DNA of 64,000 bases from Waddliaceae bacterium (GCA_963771045.1 CAVYRW010000004.1:1824001-1888000), one strand, 5' to 3'. Counted from the first letter of the stretch, positions 51,785 through 63,965 are shown. Notes: a model not told the origin generated them from the sequence alone. Numbers and translations are program-made.

Positions 51785-52674
51785 GTGACAGAGTATGCGA
51801 ATACCACCAACTTTATGCGGAGTACTGGCTTTATTCTTTTGGTCCTTAACGGCCACAGTACAGTAGAGCTCTATGAAATACCCACTTTCCAAATGCTTTT
51901 TTTTAATTTTTCCGCAGGGTTTGCCATCTCCTGTATTTGGGCGACTTTTCTGAAGCAGTGGACAAGTATTCTCAATCTGCCGTTTAGCGTTTGGGCTGTA
52001 GGAATCCTCGGCCTCTTTTGCAATGTATCGGCCTATACAACAGCCTTTAAACTGGCTCCTGCCGCCCAGGTGGACCTCATCTACTATCTTTGGCCTCTTT
52101 TTACAATCTGCCTAACGCAAATACTTCAGCCGCTATTTTCCGGAAGTTATATCGCCGGCGCTCTTTTAGGGTTTGCAGGAGTTTTTTTTCTGATATTCAA
52201 CGAACCAAAGACAAGCAACTCTTTCAGGAAAGCCTTATGGGCTATGGCTATGCGATTTTTGCCGCTCTCAGCTGGACCGGCTATATTATCTTTTCCAGAA
52301 GGCATCCCAATGCTCCCCCGTATACAATTGGGCTTTGCTGCGGAATCGCCGCCATTTTATCGCTGATTTGCCACCGCAATTTCGAATCCTCCGTGTCAAT
52401 GAATCCGAGCCACTGGGGACTCTTATTATTTTTAGGAAGCTGCATTACAGGAACGTCCTTCGCTCTTTGGGATTATGGCGTCAAAAAGGGAAATGTCCGT
52501 TTGCTCGGCGTTCTCTCTTATTTTACCCCAATCTGGTCGATCCTTTTCCTTGTGATGAGAAACCGCGCGGAATTTTCTCTCTACCTTATCGTTTCCACTT
52601 TGCTTGTCGTGATTGGAAGCTCATTTACCCTTATTTACGAATATAAAAGATCTTGGAAAAGGCTCAAAATATGA
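51785..52674 (+). CDS. EamA/DMT-family transporter, frameshifted
   Basis: LAPAAQVDLIYYLWP, FALWDYGVKKGN, LSYFTP; shift near 52210; stop overlaps eutD start (ATGA). Confidence 0.82.
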
Positions 52675-53831
52675 TCAGTTTAAGGAATCTAACTTTCACA
52701 CCGCAGGAATATGAACGAAGAGTCGAATCGCTCAGGCGCAGAATGGCTAAAAGAAATTTGGACGCTGTCATGCTGAGCGATCCGGCAAACATCGCCTATT
52801 TAACAGGATATTTCACCACCGGCTACGGAACTTTTCAGTCTTTAATCATTACCTCTCAGCGCGCCTGGATGGTGACCCGTCTTTTGGAGGAGTCCAATGT
52901 CATCACCAGAACCTGGATCGACCTCACCCGCCCCTATCTCGATACCGAAGATCCTCTTGAAGTGGTGAAAAAATCATTCAAAGAATTTAATTTTCAAGGA
53001 AAAACTCTCGGCATTGAATCCCAATGTTTTTTCCTTCCCATGCATTTTCAGGAAAAAATAAAGGATTGCCTAAGACGAATATACGATTGAAGACTGCACA
53101 GGTATTGTAGAAGAAGGGGAGGATTATCAAATCCGAACAGGAAATCGGTTTGATGGAGGAAATCGCCGAGATTACGGAAAAGTCTATGCTCGCAGGACTA
53201 AAAGCGGTCAAAGCCGGCGTCAATGAAAACGATATTTCGGCCGCTATCCACCACGCTATGTACAGTTCGGGAGGCGAGTTTCCCGCTGTGGCACCTTACA
53301 TAACATCAGGTCCAAGAACTCTGATCGGCCATGCCACATGGGAGGGAAGAAGCATAAAAAAGGGCGACTGCGTTTTCATCGAGCTGGCGGGATGCAAAAA
53401 ACGGTATCACACCGCCATGATGCGCACCCTTTTTATCGGGGATCCGCCAAAAGAATTACTCGAAGCCGAAAAGATGGTCAAGAGGGCGCTAAACGAGTGC
53501 AAAAAAGCGATGAAACCCGGGGTCCCCATCGAAAATATTGACTCGATTAGCCGGGACATTATCGCCGACAATACAATCGGCGCCACGCAGATCACACGGT
53601 CGGGCTATTCAATCGGCATCGCATTCGCCCCGAGCTGGGATGAGGGGCATATCCTGAGTTTCAAGCAAGGGGAAAAGACTCCGATTCAGGAAAATATGAC
53701 ATTCCACCTAATCCCCTGGCTGCAGCTTCCGAAACTCTTTATGGTGATGGGCCTTTCCGAAACCGTCCATGTAACCCCTGAAGGAGCCAAAAGCTTTTTC
53801 AATCTGGAGCCCGGGTCTGATAATCAAATAG
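52671..53831 (+). CDS. eutD: Ectoine hydrolase (EutD/DoeA, M24 fold), frameshifted
   Basis: FTPQEYERR, DPANIAYLTGY, HATW, ELAGCKKRYH, RSGYSIG..PSW, MTFHL; neighbours eutB/C/E; shifts near 53075 and 53815. Confidence 0.78.
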
Positions 53832-54805
53832 TTTTTCCCAACCTTTTCCCGCGGGCTTTTTTATAAGCAAGATTGGCGATCGCCGTATCCTGGGCCCCTG
53901 TTCCCGTCAAATCGCAAAGGGTCATATCTTTAGGATTTCTCTTCAGTTACGCCGTTTACCAGAAATGATCTCCCCGATTTCCCGGATAGGAGTTGAATCA
54001 TTGATGATATTTTGCCGATAAGCGTGATGCAATTCTCCAAGCCGAAGGCTTTGAGTCTTGCCTATCGCAGACGATATGTTGAACTTTGCTGAAGACTTCG
54101 GTATGAAGCTCCTGCTTATCTTCGGCGTCCGCTCCCATTGATGTGATATGCAGGCCGGGCCGGATCCATTCCGATTTGATATAGGGTTTTTTCGAAGGGG
54201 TCGAGGTAATGAGAATATCCGAAGTTTCGACCAATTTCCGAAGATCGTCCTCTCTTTGTCCTTTAACCCCCAGCTCTTCGGACATCTTGTGCGCAAATTT
54301 TTCCGAATGCTCGGGCTCTAGGCTGTAAACATATAACCTATCGAAGGGACGGACCAGCTTCAAAGCGCGCAATTGATACCCTGCCTGCTTGCCGGCTCCA
54401 ACGATCCCTACGGTTTTCGCTTCAGAATTTGCCAGGTACTTTGATGCGACTGCCCCCGCGATTCCCGTTCTGATATCTGTCAGGTAGCCATTGTCGAGAA
54501 GAAGAGCTTCGGGCATGCCGGTTTTTGAGTTGAAAAGAACCATGAGGCCGCTGCCGCTGTCAAGGCCGATTTTCGGATTGTCGAAAAATCCTGTCGACAT
54601 TTTAACGGCAAAATAGTCAAACCCTTTGATATAGGCCGATTTGACATCGATCTCTCCGTTGTTTTCCCGTCACATCAAGCCGCTGCACAGGCGGCATGAC
54701 CACTTCATCTTGCGCCAAAGAGGAAAACGCATTTTCAATTTCTTTCAGCTCCTCTTCCCCAATAAAGACGCATTCTTTCAAGTCTTTTTCCGTCAATATC
54801 AACAT
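53824..54805 (-). CDS. eutC: Ectoine utilization protein EutC (ornithine cyclodeaminase/mu-crystallin family), frameshifted
   Basis: STGFFDNPKIGL, LLDNGYLTDIRT, GAGKQA, MGADAEDKQE, CDLTGTGAQDTAIA; TAATG coupling to eutB. Confidence 0.88.
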
Positions 54806-55772
54806 TATCTTACCACCTCCTGAAATGATTTCATATCTACATTCCGTCCGCTTAAAATAAAGGCTGCAGGACCTGCAGCAGCGGGGAGCTTGCCCGCAAG
54901 CTGGGCAGCAATGCCGACGGCTGCCGCTCCTTCCAAAACGAAACGGAGATGTAAATAGACAAACTTCAAAGCCTGCCTGATTTCCGCTTCCGACACTAAG
55001 ATCAGATCGTCGACATATTTTTTTGTCAGCCGAAACGTGTGCCGATTATCCAGACCCGATCCCCCCTTTCAAACTGTCGGCCAAAGTCTTGAGTTCATCA
55101 ACCTCTACCGGGCGGCCCTTTTTTCAAACTTTCATACATGGCGGCCCCGCTTTCCATTGACACGCCGATAACGCGAATATTGCGGATTGCTTTCTTTGAG
55201 CGCCAGGGCGATGCCCGCTATCAGTCCCGCCTCCTGAAACAGGGACGATCACAGAACCGATTTCAGGGCACTCTTTTAGAATCTCCAGGCCGATCGTCCC
55301 CTGCCCGCTGATCACAAAAGGATCGTCGAAGGGAGGAACCAAAACCCTGTTTTCCTCTTCAACCGTCCGGAGGGCAGCGGCATATGCTTCATCGTATGAG
55401 TTCCCAGTAATGCTCAGTTCCGCGCCAAGGTCGCGAATAGCCTCCACTTTATTTTCAGGCACATTCTTCGATAAAAATACCCGGCAGGAAATGCCCAGTT
55501 TTTTCGCTAGCAAAAGAAACAGCCCTGCCATGATTGCCTGTCGAGACAGCGACGACGCCCCGCTTCTTTTCCTCTGCAGTCATGTTCAGCAGGCGGCTGG
55601 CGGCTCCCCGAACCTTGAAAGAACCTGTTTGCTGGCAGACCTCCAGTTTTAAAAGCGCCTGTTTCCCGATTATTTTGGATAAAGGAGCCGATTCGACAAG
55701 CGGCGTCCTTTGAGCTAAAGAATAGATGCTTTCCCCGGCGGCCTGGATATCCGAAAGAGCCATGTCTTGCAT
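54805..55772 (-). CDS. eutB: Hydroxyectoine utilization dehydratase EutB (PLP, threonine dehydratase family), frameshifted
   Basis: KLEVCQQTGSFKVRGA, VSTGNHGRAV, PPFDDPFVISGQGT, EGAAAVG, LSGRNVD. Confidence 0.87.
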
Positions 55773-55853
55773 TTCTTTTTCCTTTAAGGTTGTTAAAAAT
55801 TCCCATTCTAAACATGATGAAAGCTTTATATCAATGCATGAAGGAGAAAAAAA

Positions 55854-57064
55854 ATGAGCGGCCGGCATCATCCCAAAAAAGGAACGCTTTCGATCTGGGG
55901 AGGCGAACATCGAAAAACGGAAAATTGGCAAAGGGCCACTCAAGTTCCCATCGTTAACAGTGTATCGTTCGGATATGACGATCTGGACAACTGGCTTGAC
56001 GTGGCTTTGGGAAAAGCCGAGGGGCACATCTACAGCCGCAACACAAATCCGACTGTCCACGTCTTTGAAGAGAAGGTGCGCGAGCTGGAAAATGGCGAAG
56101 CCGCGACAAGCTTCTCGACCGGGATGGCCGCTATCAGCAACACCCTCTACACCCTCCTTTCCCCGGGAGACCGCATCGTCTCTGTCAAGGATACCTATGG
56201 AGGGACAAATAAAATCTTCAGCGAGTTTCTCCCAAAAATCCATGTCGATGTCGTCTTTGTGTGACACAACCGATCATGAGAAAATCGAAAAAGAGACCGC
56301 TCGCGGGTGCAAAGTCCTCTATATGGAAAGTCCCTACAAACCCGACACTCAAAGTCATGGACTTGAAAAGATTAATCGAAGCCGGCAAGAAAGCCGGCGC
56401 AACCACCATAGTCGACAACACCTTCGCCACTCCGATTAACCAAAATCCCCTCTCTTTGGGCGCCGACCTTGTGCTTCACAGCGCCACCAAATTTCTCGGC
56501 GGCCATGCCGATGCCCTCGGCGGAGTCGTTTGCGGCCCGAAACAACTTATCCATCAAATCTATCATTACCGCGAAATCAACGGCGCGACGCTCGATCCCC
56601 ACGCCGCCTATCTCTTGCTGCGGGGAATGAAAACACTGCATTTGAGAATCCGGCAGCAAAACGAAAGCGCTTTGGCAATTGCCGAATTTCTGGAAAACCA
56701 TAAAGCCGTTGAGAGGGTATTCTATCCCGGCCTAAAGAGCCACCCCGGCCATGAGATCGCCAAAAAGCAGATGTCGGGCTTCGGTGGAATGCTCAGCTTC
56801 CAACTGAAAGGAGGATTCGATTCCGTGAAGAGATTCATCCTCAAGCTGAAATATTGCCACGCCGCCGCCAATCTTGGCGCCGTAGAAACCGTCGTAGGTC
56901 CTCCAAGAACGACCAGCCATGTCGAGTGCACCGCGGAAGAGAGAAAGGCGCTGGGAATTCCCGAAAGCCTGATACGCTATTCAACAGGCATCGAAGATCT
57001 CGAAGATCTGATCGCCGATCTCAAACAGGCTCTTATGTCGATACAAGAAGAGGCAGTGATTTAG
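55854..57064 (+). CDS. Cystathionine gamma-lyase/synthase family PLP enzyme, frameshifted
   Basis: YSRNTNPT, FSTGMAAI, TYGGT, VDNTFATP, HSATKFLGGH, ANLGAVET, IRYSTGIE; shifts near 56255 and 56333. Confidence 0.9.
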
Positions 57065-57065
57065 A

Positions 57066-58080
57066 ATGACGATAACGCAAGATATTTCAACTCCTGTGTG
57101 GACCGACTGGGATCCGCAGTTAGAAGGCAAGCAGCTCACTTATTTAAAAATCCCTTATTCTCGGGACAATTCCGCCTGGGGCTCCATTTGGATTCCTCTT
57201 GTTCAATTCAAAAGAGGAAAAGGGACAACCGTGCTCATGACCGGAGGCATCCACGGAGGAGAGTACGAAGGACCGATCTCTTTGATGAGACTGGTTCGCG
57301 AACTTGATATCGATGATGTGGCAGGGCGTGTCATCATCCTTCCCTGCCTCAATTTGCCGGCGGTCCAGGCCGGAACAAGGGTGTCCCCTGTCGACGGTAG
57401 AGACTTAAATCGCTGCTTCCCGGGACGAAATAACGGTACCGTGACAGAAGTGATCGCCCACTACATTCATGATGTGATTCTCCCCGAAGCCGATGCTATC
57501 ATCGACCTGCATGCAGGGGGCCAGTCGCTCAGCCTTGTTCCCTACATCAGCATGCATTATTTGGAAAACGAAATGCAATCCAGGCAAACCCATAAAGCTT
57601 TGTCTGCTTTCAATGCGCCCTATCAGGTGATTATGAAAGAGTTCAGCGGCGACGGCCTCATCGATTACGCCGCCGAAAAGATGGGGAAAATATTTCCTCT
57701 GCGCCGAACTGGGAGGTGCGGGAATCATTTCCCCGTATAATGTGGCCATTACCGATCAGGGCATTCGAAATATCCTGAAACATTTCCAAGTGATTCCCGG
57801 CAAGATCGAAAAATTGTCCGTGCCTTCCGTGCAGCTTTATGTCGATTCCCAGGATCAATACATTTATTCACACGATTCCGGTATTTTCGAGCCCTTCAAA
57901 CTTCTTGGCGACACCATTGAGAAAGGTGAAATCGTTGGGCAGATTCACGACATTCAGGATATCGGCAAAACACCTATACCTTACTCCTCGTCTTGCGACG
58001 GCATCCTGATGGGCATGCGCGCTCCCGGGCTGACTGACAGAGGGGATTGCCTGAGCCTCATCGCAAAGAAAGAGGAATGA
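57066..58080 (+). CDS. eutE: N-alpha-acetyl-L-2,4-diaminobutyrate deacetylase (EutE/DoeB), frameshifted
   Basis: SRDNSAWGSIWIP, GGIHGGEYEGP, TRVSPVDGRDLNRCFPG, DLHAGG; shift near 57690. Confidence 0.88.
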
Positions 58081-59007
58081 ACATGTCGATAAAAACTGCC
58101 GCCGCATTTGCCCCCGCCACTGTTGCGAATCTCGCCTGCGGCTTCGATGTTCTGGGGTTGGCTTTGGAGTCGATCGGCGACATCGTAAAAGTAAAAACAA
58201 AAGACACTGCCGGCATCTCCATAAAAAACATCGAAGGAGATGGCGGAAAGCTGCCCCGGGAGGCGGAAAAAAATACAGCCGGGATTGCGGCAGGCGAATA
58301 TCTGAAGAAATTGAATAAAGAAATCGGAATTGAAATCGAGATCCAAAAAGGCATTCCCCTCTGCAGCGGCCTGGGATCCAGCGCCGCCAGCGCGGCGGCG
58401 GCCGTCTATGCTGCAAATGAACTTTTCGGCTCCTCCTTGCCGAAAGAAGAACTTCTCGTCTTCGCTCTGGAGGCGGAAAAAACAGTGGCAGGAGCCCCTC
58501 ATGCCGACAATGCCGCTCCTTGCCTTATTCGGCGGGGTGACTCTGATCCGCGGCAGTGAAATTTTAAGCCTTCCCTTTCCCGAAAACCTGATCGTCATCA
58601 TTGCCCATCCCGAATATGAGCTCAATACAAGAGACAGCAGAAACGTTCTCCCGGAAAACATCCCTCTTCAAGACGCTGCAAAACAATGGAGCCACCTGGG
58701 AAGTTTAATCGTCGGCTTCTGCATGCAAAACACCGCATTGATTGGCCGCTCTCTAAAAGATCATATTATCGAGACCCATAGGGGCCCCCTGATCCCGGGA
58801 TTCGACGCTGTTAAAAATGCTGCTCTCGACGCCGGAGCCCTTGGATGCTCCATAGCGGGAGCGGGCCCCTCGCTCTTTGCCATGTCCGACTCCCCTCAAA
58901 CCGCTCGAAAAGTCGGCGAAGCGATGAGGAGCGCCTTTAAAACAAAGGGATACCCTTGCAATATCATACAATCTAAAATCAGCAAAACAGGATGCAGGCC
59001 GCTATGA
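58077..59007 (+). CDS. thrB: Homoserine kinase, frameshifted
   Basis: APATVANLACGFDVLG, GIPLCSGLGSSAASA, HADNAAP, SIAGAGPS; ATGA overlap with eutE. Confidence 0.93.
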
Positions 59008-60295
59008 AGTTTTTCAGCACAAACGATGCTTCGAACCGGATTTCTCTCAAAGAAGCTGTGCTGCATGCCTATCCCGAAGATAAGGGACTCTATCTGCCGA
59101 CCGAAATTCCCCGCCTGCCGAAAGAATTTTTTGACAATATCTCCAATCTTTCCTTACAGGAAATTTCGTTCCAGGCAGCCAAAGCCCTGATCGGGGAAGC
59201 CCTTGCCAAGCAGCAATTGGAAGAGATGATCAACGAGGCCATCAATTTCGATGCGCCTTTGATTCCCCTAACGGATTGCGCATTCGATTTTGGAACTGTT
59301 CCATGGCCCCACCCTGGCCTTCAAGGATTTTGGAGCCCGCTTCATGGCCCGCCTCATGAGCGCCTATACTCGGGAAGACAAGGAGAAGCTCACCATCCTT
59401 GTCGCTACTTCGGGAGATACCGGCAGCGCTGTCGCCCAAGGCTTTTATCAGGTGCCCGGCATCGAGGTGATGGTCTTTTATCCACAGGGACAAGTGAGTG
59501 AAATTCAAGAAAAGCAGTTCACAACATTGGGAAAAAATATCACCGCATTCGAGGTGAAAGGGACTTTCGACGACTGCCAGGCGCTCGTTAAGGAAGCCTT
59601 CTTAAACCTTGAGCTCAACAAACTCAGAGGTCTCACTTCCGCCAACTCGATAAACATCGCCAGGCTGATTCCTCAGACATTTTATTATTTTTACGCCTAC
59701 GCCAGGCTCAAGAAAAAAACGATGTCGTCTTTTCCATTCCTAGCGGAAATTTCGGCAACTTAACCGCCGGCCTGATCGCGAAAAAGATGGGACTGCCTGT
59801 CTCGAAATTTATCGCTGCCACAAATATCAATGATGTCGTCCCCAAGTACTTGAAAACAGGCCAATTCGAACCCGGGCTGTCCAAGCATACCCTCTCCAAT
59901 GCCATGGATGTAGGCAATCCCAGCAACTTCGCCCGCATGAAAAGCCTCTACCGCTCCCACAATATGTCAGGCGACATCTATGGAGCCTCGTTTACCGATG
60001 AGCAAACGCGCGAGTGCATCAAAAAAGTCTACGGCGAAACCGGATACATTCTCGATCCTCACGGCGCCATCGGATACCTCGGTTTGCAGCAGTATCAAAA
60101 ATCCCATCCATGCTCCGGCATTGTCCTCGAAACCGCCCACCCCGCCAAGTTCCTCGATATCGTCGAACCCATCATCCACGAAAAAATCCCCATCCCCGAG
60201 CGCCTTGCAGAAACTATGACCCAAGAAAAAAAACCGTCATAATCGACCCCTCCATCGAAGCCATTTTAAGCTGGCTCGGAGCCCCCCAATCCTGA
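59004..60295 (+). CDS. thrC: Threonine synthase, frameshifted
   Basis: ELFHGPTLAFKDFG, ATSGDTGSAV, SANSINIARL, PSGNFGN, NAMDVGNPSN, ETAHPAKF; ATGA overlap with thrB. Confidence 0.94.
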
Positions 60296-60353
60296 ATCGT
60301 CTTTATTAAATCTTAATAAGATTTTGATAAAATTACGAAAAAAGGTATTTTAA

Positions 60354-60842
60354 ATGAAATTAGAAAACGAAAAATATCTTGAAAAAAACTTTAAATTACT
60401 ACAGAATGATAATATAAGAGTTGCGTACACATTCTGGGGCAACAGGGTCATTAAAACAAATGTTGATGGAAAGTCCATTCCAATCGATAAACTTTCTCAT
60501 GAATTGTTTCTCTTTGCCTCCAAGAATTGTGCAGAAGCCGACCCTAATGTTAGATTATCCGGAATTAAGATCACTCAAAAAATCCAGGAATTTTACTCGG
60601 AAAGTGATAAGTTAATTTTTAAAACTAATCCTATCACAATTATTTTTATTCTTTTTCGTCAAATTTTCATGTCTTATCATAGAAAACAGATCATGAACGG
60701 CACAGTGCACGATTATTTTTGCGCATACAGTCAAAATGAATATATAAAAACATTTAATAGAATTCCGAGTCATGAAAATATAATCGGCAATCCCACTCGT
60801 ATTGTTGTTTCAAAACAAGACATTGAAAAGACTCCAAAATAG
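60354..60842 (+). CDS. Hypothetical protein (AT-rich orphan)
   Basis: 162-aa ORF, AAGG upstream. Confidence 0.6.
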   Translation: MKLENEKYLEKNFKLLQNDNIRVAYTFWGNRVIKTNVDGKSIPIDKLSHELFLFASKNCAEADPNVRLSGIKITQKIQEFYSESDKLIFKTNPITIIFILFRQIFMSYHRKQIMNGTVHDYFCAYSQNEYIKTFNRIPSHENIIGNPTRIVVSKQDIEKTPK

Positions 60843-60852
60843 TACTTCTTAG

Positions 60853-62581
60853 ATGGAAATAAAATCGTCAAATTTTGCAGCTTATATCAATCCCGGCGAA
60901 TATCAAAAGCTAGGACGGCATATCAATAGAAAGCACATCAATGAGAAGTCTTGGCTTGGCGCTCTCATCCAAAGCTGGGATCCGAAACATTTCCCCTACC
61001 GTTTATCCAACAAAAAATATGGTCCGATGGAAAATCGAACAACGTCCCCCAAATCTCAGAACTTCCTGCTCCCCTCCTGCAGAGGAAAGCGGCCGCTTTA
61101 TCTCATCAATATGCCTTTTGTCCCTCCCCAATCAAGAGATTATGCCTCGTTCAACCGCGCCGCAAACAAAATCTGCGATGAAAGCTTCGGAAAAACCGCG
61201 AAATTTTCAAGAAGAATCATCGAAAGGCGCGCCGCTCTTGTTGTCGGCATGAACCGCTATAAATCTCTGGATGAAGCTGAAAACCGCCGTTTTTGCAGAT
61301 ACGTCAGAGAACTTCCCAAAAAAAATGACCTCCCGTTAAGAGTGATTGGGAAATTGTGGGTTCCGGTGTGGACCCAGGATTCGGAATCCAAAAATAATAT
61401 TTACTGCCCTTGGAAATCTTTTAAATTGTTAAAAGTTTTAAAGCCACAGCCTTGCAGACAAAGTCAAAAGAATTTACGAAAAGTCATCGCCTTATCTCAG
61501 AAAACAAATTCCCTATCAAGCGATTCGCAATTGGATCCTTCATTCCAAAGCCACAGCAAATCTGGCTTCCCATATGCTGAATTTAGGAAAGGGAAGACCT
61601 GTTTACCTCAAACTCTCCGACGACGATACAGTCACACTCAGAGGCGGCGGCAAGGGTAGCCCTTTCAATCTATGATAACATTGTGATAAATGCGCCGGCA
61701 GTGCCAAGACTGCTCACGACAGGATATCGTCTCAAAAGCGATGAAAAGCCTTTGCTTCGTCTAGGTGTCGTACTGGACATGGCGGTAAGAGAAGCGACAG
61801 CCTCAGTGATCCCTTTAGGCCCCTATTTTCCCGAGCCCAATTTACTATTTCTGCTCAATGATAAGAACCTCGAAGAATTTTCTTTTGAAGGAAATTCAAA
61901 TGCACTCGAATCGCGCCGCTTAATTGCTTCAAACCGTGATTATTTCACCTCAGGACCTGTTATTTTTAAACAGCGACCTCATTTGTCACAGCAACACCTG
62001 AAAGAATGAAATCAAAATACAATCAAACGATTGATGTTCTTAATAAAACGACTCTGGGACAAAAAAAGAATCTTCAGGCTCTTCGAGGCATCAGCCAAAG
62101 CCACGCGATGCCGAGGCAATGGGCCAACAATATCTATGCCGCCCTGCCGCTAAAGATTTGCCGCGTGACGGATATCACAAAAGAGATAATGGCAATCTTC
62201 AAAGTTTTTGATCCTATTTCCTTATCTTTTTGTTTGTTTCCCGAATATAATCAGAGCCATTTTGACAGCATGCTCAAAAATTACGATTCTTACATTGCGT
62301 TTTTGACAAAAGCCCTCAAAAAAAAGTCAGATGAATCTGTGAGTCAGCGATCTTTCGCCCAGCTCTTTCATCCGAATAAAAAAGAGACAATCCATTTGGA
62401 GGCCTTTTTTTCCATGCAGGTTAAAACTATGCGAAAAAGCTTTAGAAATTTAAGGAAACTCGGCCTTGAACGGCAGTGGAGATATAAGGTGATCAAATCA
62501 GCCAAACTTTCGGGTAAGGCGATGTGGAAGATCTTCAACAACAAATTCTTAAGTCAATGTATTATAGGAAAAAAAACTTGA
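60853..62581 (+). CDS. Hypothetical protein, possible GT-A fold, frameshifted into 3-4 pieces
   Basis: Contiguous ORFs 60853-61659, 61683-62009, 62006-62581; alternative frame gives IPYQAIRNWIL...VYLKLSDDD. Confidence 0.5.
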
Positions 62582-63965
62582 AGGTCGGTGGCATTGCCCC
62601 CTTTGGCCTGTACAGCTGCCTTAACTCTCTGAATGGGCTTGTTCTCCCTGATTTCTTCTTCTTCAAGCTGGTCAACGCCGCTGCTGCACAGGCGAAGCAG
62701 ACCTCCCCTTCTTGAAGCGTGGCAACGGAGATCTCAGGCCGGCGGCTAATACCCGGAACATTTAAATCCCCAAAACCTCCCCCCGCCTCCAATTTTCCAA
62801 AAATTTTATCATCAATAATGACAACGCCTCTTTTCATCAGTTCCGGGTCATTCGGCTTCTGATCGCGAGTGAGCTGTAGAACCTGACCATTTTTTCTGAG
62901 CAATTGGGCCTGGCTGTCGCCAAGGTGTGCAGTAAACAATCTGTTTCCGATACGAATGGAGACCGTCGCTGTGGTGCCGCTTTCTGTGCCAATTGGATTA
63001 TTTCCGGTGTTTTCGAATGCTCTTTCTATTGCTTTTTGCACCTCTTTTTCATCCCGAATATCGACTTTCTGCAGCTGTTTTTCAAGATGGAGAGGAAGAG
63101 CTTTGGACACAAAGTCAACCCACTTGCCGCCTCCATGCCCGTCAAAGACGCCGACCAAGTCGACAGTCTGATTTGGATCAAGCCTTATAGCCTTATACTC
63201 AAAACGATCTTCTTGAGTGTCTTCAAATCCCGGCGAACTGCAAAAATCAACTCTTGTTCCGGTAGTCAATGTTGTCGATCCTTTCTTAAACTCGACAGTC
63301 TTGCTTGGCTTGCGCTCCTGATTTATCGGTGTTGATTTAGGAAATCCTTTCTCCAGCTCATCTTCTTGCCGCAGCGGCCGGCCGGCAAAATAATCGCTCC
63401 AAAAGGCATAGGCGCTTTGGAAAGCTGTAATCGAATTCTTATTTTCCTTTCCATAGACATTTTTCAAAAATACATGATAATCTTGATAAGCTCGTCCTTG
63501 ATTTATAAGAGTCTCTCTCTTCTCTTTTTTCCAGGCCATCTTTTTAACTTCATTGGAAAACCAATCGAGTTTTTTGGAAGATATTCGACTAAAATCGACA
63601 TACTTGAAGTTCTCTTTAGTTTCTATCCTCATGTTTTTCGCGATTTCTTTCAAAAGAGAGTTGAGAAGCGTTTGACGCGTTGTCATTCTCCACCTGATTA
63701 ATTGACTGTAAACAGACACGGCAACCTTGCTTAACTCCCCTTTAAAAGTCGGTTTATCGCTTTCATCGGAAATGATCCGTCCGGACAGGGTGAGGCTTCC
63801 CGTAGCTTCTGAAAAGATTTTAGACGCCCGAGAAGCGAAATTTCCCGATGCCTGAGGGAGAATATCTTGGACTGCTTTTGAAATCGCATCTTGCTCAGTC
63901 TTAATATTTACTTTTATTAATGGCTGCTGACCGGCCTTAACTGGTTGTATTCCAGGAGTGTCCAT
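62554..63965 (-). CDS. PP2C-family Ser/Thr phosphatase-like protein (putative effector)
   Basis: QEDRF, GVFDGHGG, SGTTA, AHLGDS, LTRDQKP, GFGD; about 240-aa N-terminal extension; probable shift near 62705. Confidence 0.82.

Noticed and set aside
52671..53831. Generic Xaa-Pro aminopeptidase or creatinase call
   Set aside because: EutD-type motifs and the eutB/C/E neighbourhood favour ectoine hydrolase.
55815..55833. Imperfect palindrome TGATGAAAGCTTTATATCA between eutB and the gamma-lyase as an operator
   Set aside because: Short and imperfect, with no cognate regulator in the window.
49537..60295. Programmed frameshifting or genuine pseudogenes
   Set aside because: Indels are numerous and scattered over unrelated genes, with no consistent slippery-site context; sequencing error is more parsimonious, though unproven.
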